Translations under genes and position numbers: made by a program
Shown: piece after piece, positions 17,921-25,185 of the stretch
How the letters are laid out: every line of letters starts with the position of its first letter
Position numbering within the stretch: the stretch's first letter is position 1
DNA from: Promethearchaeota archaeon
GTDB lineage: Archaea > Asgardarchaeota > Lokiarchaeia > Sigyniarchaeales > SOKP01
Reading direction: 5' to 3'
Assembly (NCBI GenBank): GCA_013375475.1
Contig: JABXKD010000054.1
Coordinates: 1-25,185 of the forward strand
Length of the DNA: 25,185 nt
Notes under the pieces: model-generated
Seen by the model: only the letters and a program-made list of their open reading frames with translations
The model's database searches: none
What the model was told of the DNA's origin: nothing

Positions 17921-18847
17921 ATGATGAGCATGAGCAAATATCTAAAAGGAGATAAGATGCATATTTTCTTGTTTGGTTCTGGAGGGCCTTTTAATAATAT
18001 CAAAAGAGTGGCTTCAAGTATTGGGGTTATAGCAGCTGGAGAATTCATTCTCGTAGATGTTGGACCTGGATCATACCGCAATGTTGATATGATGAGACTA
18101 CCTGTGTCCTATTTAAGTTCAATTTTTCTCACCCACTTTCACTCCGATCATATCGGCGACCTTGGGGAGGCGAATATGCTGAGTTGGGCTAATGGACGAA
18201 CTAAGGCTTTAGAAGTTTATGGACCTAAGGGAGTGAGTAAAATTGTAAACGGATTTATCATGGCATACGAACTAGATACAGGTTATAGAATAGCTCATCA
18301 TGGTGCAAATATCATGATTCCTGAAGCTGGTACACCTTTAAGCAAAACTATTTCAATATCAGACCCTAATAAAGTAGAATTATTCTTTGATCGGAATGGA
18401 TTAAAAGTATATGCTTTCCAAGTAGATCATTCTCCAGTAAAACCTGCACTCGGTTATCGATTTGAATATAAAGGAAATGTAGTTGTTATTACGGGCGATA
18501 CGAAAAAGTCTGAGAATCTAGCTAAATTTTGCAATGATGCGGACATTCTATTCTGCGAAGCAATCTCTTTTAATATGTTGAATACTATGATCTCAGGACC
18601 CGCAAAACCACCAGAAAGATTGATTAAAATTTTGAAGGATATACAGGACTACCACATGAGTCCTGTTATTGCCGCAGGAGTAGCTCAAGAAGCCAAGGTA
18701 AAAAAGCTTGTCTATGTTCATGTTACCCCTCCAATACTTACTACCGCAATAGAGGAAAAATATTTACAAGGTGTTAGCGAAATATTTGACGGAGAAGTTA
18801 TATTGGGGCAAGATAATATGACTTTTAGACTAAAACCTAAAAATTAA
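17921..18847 (+). CDS. MBL-fold metallo-hydrolase, RNase Z/AtsA arylsulfatase-like
   Basis: LFGSGGP, LVDVGPG, THFHSDHIGD, VDHSP, TGDT, DYH, YVH. Confidence 0.88.
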   Translation: MMSMSKYLKGDKMHIFLFGSGGPFNNIKRVASSIGVIAAGEFILVDVGPGSYRNVDMMRLPVSYLSSIFLTHFHSDHIGDLGEANMLSWANGRTKALEVYGPKGVSKIVNGFIMAYELDTGYRIAHHGANIMIPEAGTPLSKTISISDPNKVELFFDRNGLKVYAFQVDHSPVKPALGYRFEYKGNVVVITGDTKKSENLAKFCNDADILFCEAISFNMLNTMISGPAKPPERLIKILKDIQDYHMSPVIAAGVAQEAKVKKLVYVHVTPPILTTAIEEKYLQGVSEIFDGEVILGQDNMTFRLKPKN

Positions 18848-18891
18848 CCTCTAAAATAGATACGAAATGCTATTGTTATCCAAAATATTCA

Positions 18892-19716
18892 CTACTTTCC
18901 TATAAACACAGGGTCACGCTTTTCTTTTAGAGCTTTCGTTGATTCTACCATATCTTTCGAGGTTGAGAGTATTTTCCAGCCCTCATTCTCTAATTTTACA
19001 GTGGTCGCGAGAATTTCACGAAAATAAGCATGCATGGTTTTTTTCATTAAGTTTATTGCTCGACTAGGCCCCTTTGGAGGAATTAATCTTAACGCTTGTT
19101 CCCTCGCATAAGGTATTAATTCGTCCTTCGGTAAGATTTTGTTTACCAAGCGAAGCTCAAGAGCTTGTTGAGCAGTTATTTTATCACCAAAATACACTAG
19201 TTCCTTCGCTTTTTGAAATCCAACGTAAAAAGGGAGGAGAAACGAGGATGCAAACTCTGCAATCACGCCTCTTTTCACAAAATAAAATCCAATCCATGCA
19301 TCTTCAGCCATATAGATTAAATCTGCTCCTACTAAAGGCATTGTAATCCCTCCCCCAATTGCTATTCCATTTATTGCTGCTATAACAGGCTTAGAAAAGC
19401 TAAATAATGCATCAACCGTTTTAATTCGTGCCCTATCTGTAAAATCTATCTCCTTTTTAGTATTTTCTGGAATCATTTCAGCCGATTTCGGATCAAAATA
19501 ACCCCCAGAACTGAATGCCCTTCCTTTTGGATCTCCGGTAATTATCAAAACTTTTGCATTTCTATCTTGCTCCATGTCAGCTAAAATCGTTTCGAGTTCT
19601 AACCAAGTTAATTGAGAAATAGCATTTCGTCTCTCGGGGCGACTTATCGTAGCGATACAGATACCGTTATCTTCTTTTTCATAAATTATGTCTGTAAAAT
19701 TCTCAATATTCACCAT
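18892..19716 (-). CDS. Enoyl-CoA hydratase/isomerase (crotonase) family protein
   Basis: RPERRNAI, AFSSGG, KPVIAAINGIAIGGG, ITAQQALELRLVN, EKRDPVF; GAGGT Shine-Dalgarno. Confidence 0.92.
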   Translation of the reverse strand: MVNIENFTDIIYEKEDNGICIATISRPERRNAISQLTWLELETILADMEQDRNAKVLIITGDPKGRAFSSGGYFDPKSAEMIPENTKKEIDFTDRARIKTVDALFSFSKPVIAAINGIAIGGGITMPLVGADLIYMAEDAWIGFYFVKRGVIAEFASSFLLPFYVGFQKAKELVYFGDKITAQQALELRLVNKILPKDELIPYAREQALRLIPPKGPSRAINLMKKTMHAYFREILATTVKLENEGWKILSTSKDMVESTKALKEKRDPVFIGK

Positions 19717-19755
19717 TTTAACCTCATTTGTTCTTTTGGTAGTTAAACCTTTAGT

Positions 19756-20997
19756 CTATCGCCATTCAGTTCCGCATTGACCGCATCTATACATTTTAGC
19801 GTATATTCTCGGGTACGTATAGATTATTTTACTTTTGTCATCGAATTCTCGAATTTGAGCTTTATTAGTATTTCCGCAATTGGGGCAAGTTTTTTTACGA
19901 GTAACTGATTCTTCTTTTTGCATTTCATTTTTTAAGCTTAGATCTTCTGGTACTGAAATTTTATTAACCGTTAAATTATCTCTCATCGGAATAAGTTCCC
20001 TTTCTGGTTCTGGTGGAGCCTGAAAAGTGCTTTCCTCGATAAATTTTTCCTCTATTTTTATTTCGGGTTTTTCTACTGATCGTTTTTCTCTAGTAAAAAG
20101 TATCTCATGCATCTTAGGGGATTCTTTTTTATGAGTCTCTATGGTATTAATCGTGTTCGCCAATAATATTGCATCCTTTTTTTTTAGCTCTTCGTTTTCT
20201 ATCTTTAAAGCTTGAATTTCTTTTTCTAAATTAGTTGCTTTTGCTTCAAATTTTGTCAATTGAAACCGTTCAGCCTTTACTGCATCTAATTTCGTTACTA
20301 AATTTTGATTTTGATTTTTTAATTCGCTATTGGTAATTTCCAAATTTTGTAGAGTCTTCTCTAAATTATGGATTGATAACTCTTTACCTTTCAGAGTTAG
20401 ATTCCTATTTTCAAGCATTTTGTTTACTTCTTCTAAGTCCTTCAACTGTTTTTTTAATCTTTTTATATTATATTCTAATTGTTCGACGTTTGATGATTCT
20501 GTTTTTAAAGTTGTTGCGTTTTCTTTAAGTTGTTCGTTTTCACTTTCGATTTCTAAAATCTTCTCTTCTAATGTTTTATTGGTATTTTCTAATCTTCCGT
20601 AATCCTCAATTAGATTATTAAGGGAATTCTGGGTTTTTAATATGACCTGATCTTTAATAGAATCATTGATGCTTTCTTTAAGATTAACAATCTCTGCATT
20701 TAAATCGCTTATTTTGTTTTGTAAAGCTTCTTTTTCGCGATTTCTTTGAGTTAATTCTTGATTTTGAGAATTAATTAAATTTTTGAGTATATTAATTTCT
20801 TCAGATTCAATAATCTCAGCACTTGGTTTAGCTAGTTCAAACTTGGAAGAAGATTGGCTCTCCCTTAGTTTCGTTTCTAATTTAGCAACCTTGAGTTCTA
20901 AAGATTCAACTGTTTTTTCTAATTGAGCTTGAGATTTTTCTTCTTCTTCCGCCTTATCTATTAAATCCTTCAAGTTTTTACCCATATTAAACAACAC
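19756..20997 (-). CDS. Long coiled-coil protein with C-terminal Zn ribbon
   Basis: About 280 aa of E/K/L/N-rich heptad sequence, a low-complexity linker, then CPNCG...CGQCG..W. Likely start is ATG at 20985. Confidence 0.8.
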   Translation of the reverse strand: MLFNMGKNLKDLIDKAEEEEKSQAQLEKTVESLELKVAKLETKLRESQSSSKFELAKPSAEIIESEEINILKNLINSQNQELTQRNREKEALQNKISDLNAEIVNLKESINDSIKDQVILKTQNSLNNLIEDYGRLENTNKTLEEKILEIESENEQLKENATTLKTESSNVEQLEYNIKRLKKQLKDLEEVNKMLENRNLTLKGKELSIHNLEKTLQNLEITNSELKNQNQNLVTKLDAVKAERFQLTKFEAKATNLEKEIQALKIENEELKKKDAILLANTINTIETHKKESPKMHEILFTREKRSVEKPEIKIEEKFIEESTFQAPPEPERELIPMRDNLTVNKISVPEDLSLKNEMQKEESVTRKKTCPNCGNTNKAQIREFDDKSKIIYTYPRIYAKMYRCGQCGTEWR

Positions 20998-21176
20998 TCA
21001 CTTTTTTTTTATTACTAATTACACTTAAGATATAATAAATCTCTTATTAAAAAAATTTAGGAAAATTAACTTTAAATTGACGAACTCAGTTAATAATTTT
21101 GTGTTTAATCTAAAATATAAAATTATAAATCTGTAATCGCACTCTAGATTAGGTAAGTCTGGGAACAGCGTCAAAA

Positions 21177-21722
21177 ATGGTAGGTTCTAACAAATATTTT
21201 TATAAAGTCTGTATTGTCGGAGATTCTGAAGTAGGAAAAACTACACTTGTAAATCAATATTTAAAAAGGAGATTTGTAGCTGATGCCCAAAGAACAATTG
21301 GTTCTAATTTTTTCGTGAAATATGTTAAAATCCCCGAGGTTAAACATTTGATAACCTTACAGATTTGGGATTTGGCGGGTCAGCCCCGTTTTAAATGGGT
21401 TCGATTTGCGTTTTATAAAGGAGCATCTGGAATCGTTTACGCTTTCGATTTAACGAGGAGACATACCTTGGATAGTTTAATAAACTGGAAAGAAGAAGTG
21501 GAAAGTAAAATTGGGGTAATGCCCAATATTTTCGTTGGAAATAAACGTGATCTAATAATTGACGATACTAGGTTCATCAACGCAGAAGAGATTAGTCAAT
21601 TCAAAGAGACTTTGTCCGCTAATGCATACTTCGAAACAAGTGCGAAGCTTGGCACGAATGTAAAAAACGTTTTTGATATACTGGCTTTAGAAATGTACAA
21701 AAATACTCACATTATAATTTGA
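21177..21722 (+). CDS. Rab-like small GTPase (Ras superfamily)
   Basis: G1 GDSEVGKT, G2 TIG, G3 WDLAGQ, G4 GNKRD, G5 ETSAK; Rab-like features LQIWD, RF, FYKGA, DLT. No C-terminal Cys. Confidence 0.95.
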   Translation: MVGSNKYFYKVCIVGDSEVGKTTLVNQYLKRRFVADAQRTIGSNFFVKYVKIPEVKHLITLQIWDLAGQPRFKWVRFAFYKGASGIVYAFDLTRRHTLDSLINWKEEVESKIGVMPNIFVGNKRDLIIDDTRFINAEEISQFKETLSANAYFETSAKLGTNVKNVFDILALEMYKNTHIII

Positions 21723-21737
21723 TAATTTTTAAGAATT

Positions 21738-22412
21738 ATGTGTGCATTTTTATCTCAAAAAATGGATTCATTAGATAAATATACTCTAGTTAGAGAGAAA
21801 ATATTAGAATGGTATAAGGAAAATAATCGAGATTTTCCGTGGAGAACATCAAAATCTCTCTATCAAATTTTAATTACTGAGATACTACTACAAAAAACAA
21901 TTGCCCTAAATGTTTCAAATATTTACAGCGATTTTTTTACAAAATATATCGACTTCGACGCGATTAACAACGCAAATATTACAAACCTTCAATCAGATAT
22001 TAAAGGTTTAGGTTTGTCCAACAAGCGAGCTAAAATCCTAAAAGACTTAAGTAAGATGATCTTAACTGATTATAATGGGAAAATACCTCAAGATCCTGAA
22101 ATATTAAAAGATATTAATGGGATTGCCGATTATGTGAGTAATGCGTTTGCTTGTTTTGGATTGAATCATAGAACTTTTTTCTTTGATGTTAATATAAAAA
22201 GATTTATCCAGAGGGTTTTCAAACCTCAAGAAACGAAAGATAAAAATGAGTCTATCTTAACAGATTTAGACCATTTATTGCCATTTAACGATTTCAAATA
22301 TTTGTACTGGGCAATTCTTGATTTTGGATTTAAAATCTGCTCTAAGAATAAACCTAAATGCGGAATATGTCCTATTTCTGATAATTGTTTACATTTTTAT
22401 ACTTTGTCGTAA
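21738..22412 (+). CDS. HhH-GPD DNA glycosylase with FCL [4Fe-4S] motif, MIG (T/U:G mismatch)/MutY-like
   Basis: RDFPWR, ITEILLQKT, GLSNKRA, HhH INGIADY, catalytic DVN, CSKNKPKCGICPISDNC. No MutY C-terminal domain. Confidence 0.85.
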   Translation: MCAFLSQKMDSLDKYTLVREKILEWYKENNRDFPWRTSKSLYQILITEILLQKTIALNVSNIYSDFFTKYIDFDAINNANITNLQSDIKGLGLSNKRAKILKDLSKMILTDYNGKIPQDPEILKDINGIADYVSNAFACFGLNHRTFFFDVNIKRFIQRVFKPQETKDKNESILTDLDHLLPFNDFKYLYWAILDFGFKICSKNKPKCGICPISDNCLHFYTLS

Positions 22413-22430
22413 TAAAATTTTATTTTACTT

Positions 22431-22439
22431 AAAAAAAAA
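22431..22439 (-). terminator. Oligo-T (T9 on minus strand) terminator
   Basis: A9 run about 20 nt past the stop of the minus-strand gene 22461..22796, in a convergent gap. Confidence 0.4.
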
Positions 22440-22460
22440 GAGTTACCTGTTAATTTTGAT

Positions 22461-22796
22461 TTATTCTGGGATCTTCATGCCTAACATCTCTATGGCTTCA
22501 ACTACATTAAATCGAACTTCCATTCTGTATCGATACCCAGGGATATTATGATAAACAAGTAGTTGTTTTTGTTGTACTGCTAAACATTCTTCTAGTTTTC
22601 CTTCCTTCACGTCATGAACGCTAATCACGCTCATTCCTTCCTCAGTTGCCTTTACAGCGTTAGCTATAATTTCCTTAGCTAACGGTCTCAATGCAGCTCG
22701 ATCTTCTTTTAATACCTTTAAGTAAGCTTTTGAAATATTTTCTGCTTGATCAGGGGGGAAGATATTATAGGTAAATAAATATGGTATACTTTTCAC
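22461..22796 (-). CDS. Small hypothetical alpha/beta protein; start possibly ATA at 22787
   Basis: 111 aa ORF with normal composition; the tracked GTG lies inside a GAGGTGA Shine-Dalgarno. Confidence 0.7.
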   Translation of the reverse strand: MKSIPYLFTYNIFPPDQAENISKAYLKVLKEDRAALRPLAKEIIANAVKATEEGMSVISVHDVKEGKLEECLAVQQKQLLVYHNIPGYRYRMEVRFNVVEAIEMLGMKIPE

Positions 22797-23066
22797 CTCT
22801 CTATTAAATGTAATTTTTATTATCGTTATACAAGGTTTTAGTTAAATTGGATTATCATACTTAGAATTTTGTTATTTTTTAATTTTTCCATTATTGTTAA
22901 ATTTATTCAAATAATGTTACAAATTAATTTTAAATACCTACACTCTATCTTATTTATGACGCGATTTGACTATTTAGTAAAAATTAGAAGAGGAACAGTA
23001 CAGAAAGTTATAAAATAAGTAAATTTAATAATAGGTTGTTAAGTAAAAAGGCATCTATGAAGAATT

Positions 23067-24206
23067 ATGTTAGTTAACTTAAGAGAAGTGTATCTACCAG
23101 CTATGATTTTTTCTATAATCTTAGATTTTCAATTAGCAATATACTTCTTGTATTTATATAGTAAACGCCGAAAAGATGAAATCGGGTTAAACAAATTCTT
23201 ACTTGGATTTTCCAATCTCTTTGGAATTGGAGCCACTAGTTATCTTTTTTTAGTTATCGGTTCATTTTATCTCAATGATAGTTATTTGGCCGAGCTATTC
23301 ATTAATATTGGGGTGGCTTTATTACAGGGAGGGATATTGGCAGTCTTATTGATTTTGTTGTCTAAACCCTTTCACACTCTAATAAATTTGAGATTGGTTA
23401 GGATTATTAGTATACTTTCCGGGATCAGTATTATCTATCTTTTATTTTTTTATGTAAAACCATTTGGCTTAATTTCGAACATATTAATAGGATTTATAGG
23501 AGGGGTGTATTTTCTCTATTTTCAAATAAAACTAGTTAAGCTTACTTCAGGAACGGTACATTCAAGACTATTAATCACATTAGTAGGAGAATTTATATTT
23601 TTAATCGGTATGTTCCTCGGCTCAGTTTTGCCTAATATGCTTATATTATTCGATTTAAAAGATATATTCTATTTTATAGGAAGTTACGTGGTAAATATTG
23701 GCTTAGTGGTAATTTTTTACGGAACTTTTAAATTTCCAGGTGTGCTCGAATTCAATTGGAAAAACAGCCTTCAAAAACTTTACGTTATCGACGCAAGGAA
23801 TTTATTCGAGTTATATTCATATGATTTCAACAAAATAAGGAAACTCGCTGGTAAACCAGAATCTCAGTTTAATAATGAAGTGAATAATTCTATAAATTCA
23901 ATCGGCGTTGTAGGGATTAGCGATGTATTTGACGAGATCACTAAAACATATCAGAATAGAGTTAAAACGATTAAATACGGCAAATTTAATATTCTTTTAG
24001 AGTATGAAGAAGACCCAAATTCTCAATTTCTATTCGTATTATTTGTCGATAAAAATATGAAAAGCTTACAATTATTCCTAAAAAAGGTGAAAAATCAATT
24101 TCTAATCTCTTATAAAAGCATGCTAGCTAACTATGATATTGTCGATAGGTTTAGAGAAACGCTTTTCTCCGGTTTTGATGTAATTTTACAACAAATTTTA
24201 GATTAA
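23067..24206 (+). CDS. 7-TM membrane protein with C-terminal longin-like domain
   Basis: Seven hydrophobic helices in about aa 10-222, junction FPGVLEFNWKNSLQKLYVID, then a beta-beta-alpha-beta-beta-beta-alpha-alpha-like pattern. Confidence 0.75.
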   Translation: MLVNLREVYLPAMIFSIILDFQLAIYFLYLYSKRRKDEIGLNKFLLGFSNLFGIGATSYLFLVIGSFYLNDSYLAELFINIGVALLQGGILAVLLILLSKPFHTLINLRLVRIISILSGISIIYLLFFYVKPFGLISNILIGFIGGVYFLYFQIKLVKLTSGTVHSRLLITLVGEFIFLIGMFLGSVLPNMLILFDLKDIFYFIGSYVVNIGLVVIFYGTFKFPGVLEFNWKNSLQKLYVIDARNLFELYSYDFNKIRKLAGKPESQFNNEVNNSINSIGVVGISDVFDEITKTYQNRVKTIKYGKFNILLEYEEDPNSQFLFVLFVDKNMKSLQLFLKKVKNQFLISYKSMLANYDIVDRFRETLFSGFDVILQQILD

Positions 24207-24248
24207 AATTAAAAGTTATAATTAAAAATAAAAAGAGAAAAAAAAAAA

Positions 24249-25185
24249 ATGCTTGGACAAGATTTCTATCCTCTTACAGGAACGTTTAGAGAACCGTTAT
24301 TAATCTTAGAATGGATCATAGTATTTTTAATTTCAGAGGTAGCGTTCTTACTTTATATGAGGGTAAAGAATAAAGAGATGAAATTGAGCAATATCATTGA
24401 AAAGGCATATATTACATTCCTTCTCTCTTACTCTTTAATGGGGATCTTTTACATTTTTGGAGATTATTATATGGAGACCCAGTTTTCACGCTTAATCGTT
24501 TTTAATATCGGATATATCTTGAGAATGATAATGGGGTTAGTTTTTATATATCAGATAGAAAAATATCAGACGATTTTTAGAAAATATGTGTTCTCTAAAA
24601 TTTTCTTAGTATTTACAATCCTTTCTGTTGTTTTATCCTTTACTGCAATTGAGTTCACTCAATATTCTTCGCTGGTATTGTTTTGGATACCTATATTTTC
24701 CATTTTTTTAATCTATACGATAAAATTTTTAAAGAAACCTAGTGAAAAGCAGGAAATACATAATTTAAGGACAAAAATATACTTCTCAATATTAGGGGGG
24801 ATATTAATAGGCTTAGGTTTTGGAGTTACATCAGATCCCTTTTTAATTGCGTTTGGTTTGAGTCTTCGCATAGTTGGACAAATTTTTCAAATAGTAGGTA
24901 TCGTAGTTCTAGCAATCTTTTTTACTAGTTTACCATCTTTATCTGAGCAAGATTGGAAAAATAAAATTGATAAACTTTTTCTAATGAGAGCATCTGGAAT
25001 TTGTGTCTACTATAAATTTTTCAGAGATAAAACCAGTAAACGCGATGAACAAAACATATCTGGGGCTATTAACTCTATTAAAATGATTTTACAGGAAATA
25101 TCTCATAACGATGGGGAGATGGTCATAGAAAAAGAAGGAAAAGTACTAATAACAAGCCAAGGGAAATATATAACAGGAGTAATCA
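24249..25185 (+). CDS. Second 7-TM membrane protein with longin-like domain, 3'-truncated (absent from ORF track)
   Basis: ATG at 24249, open for 312 codons to the window end: MLGQDFYPLTG...seven hydrophobic helices...LPSLSEQDWKNKIDKLFLMRASGICVYYKFF...EQNISGAINSIKMILQEI. Confidence 0.8.
   Translation, partial: MLGQDFYPLTGTFREPLLILEWIIVFLISEVAFLLYMRVKNKEMKLSNIIEKAYITFLLSYSLMGIFYIFGDYYMETQFSRLIVFNIGYILRMIMGLVFIYQIEKYQTIFRKYVFSKIFLVFTILSVVLSFTAIEFTQYSSLVLFWIPIFSIFLIYTIKFLKKPSEKQEIHNLRTKIYFSILGGILIGLGFGVTSDPFLIAFGLSLRIVGQIFQIVGIVVLAIFFTSLPSLSEQDWKNKIDKLFLMRASGICVYYKFFRDKTSKRDEQNISGAINSIKMILQEISHNDGEMVIEKEGKVLITSQGKYITGVI

Noticed and set aside
1532-21722. TGA stops (1532, 5400, 8803, 10543, 21720) as selenocysteine
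   Set aside because: Each falls at a natural C-terminus, none is at a catalytic Cys position, and the read-through sequences I checked are short or low in complexity.
9008-21722. ICMT-like enzyme as a modifier of the Rab-like GTPase
   Set aside because: The GTPase has no C-terminal Cys or CAAX motif, the genes are 12 kb apart, and ICMT-family proteins are widespread in prokaryotes.
862-22551. Short shadow ORFs in the track (862, 1778, 9055, 11841, 13459, 14217, 14390, 14664, 15507, 15965, 16525, 17899, 19074, 20330, 22318)
   Set aside because: All overlap well-supported genes on the opposite strand or in another frame and show no recognisable motifs.

Overview
AT-rich, gene-dense archaeal chromosome segment. 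The gene content points to an Asgard archaeon, probably Lokiarchaeia/Promethearchaeota (inferred, not searched). Eukaryotic-signature-like genes: a Rab-like small GTPase, a gelsolin-domain protein with a duplicated C-terminal 'X'-type motif, one single-pass and two 7-TM membrane proteins ending in longin-like domains (the last is truncated and missing from the ORF track), and a coiled-coil/Zn-ribbon protein. The middle is an anaerobic redox/catabolic block: nitroreductase, two paralogous Cys-rich 4Fe-4S proteins, DUF1847, DUF169, a divergent 4-hydroxybutyryl-CoA dehydratase homologue, a QueG-like protein, a sulfatase, an MBL hydrolase and an enoyl-CoA hydratase. Also present: two orphan DNA methyltransferases, a MIG-like glycosylase, an nnrE pseudogene with two in-frame stops, and two genes that appear to start at ATT/ATA behind an archaeal Shine-Dalgarno. 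The best candidate for an undescribed system is the 19.7-25.2 kb cluster (7TM-longin pair, Rab-like GTPase, coiled-coil Zn-ribbon protein), read as a possible membrane receptor/GEF-GTPase-effector module; this is inference. No rRNA, tRNA, CRISPR array or mobile element was seen. All family calls come from motif recognition, not database searches.
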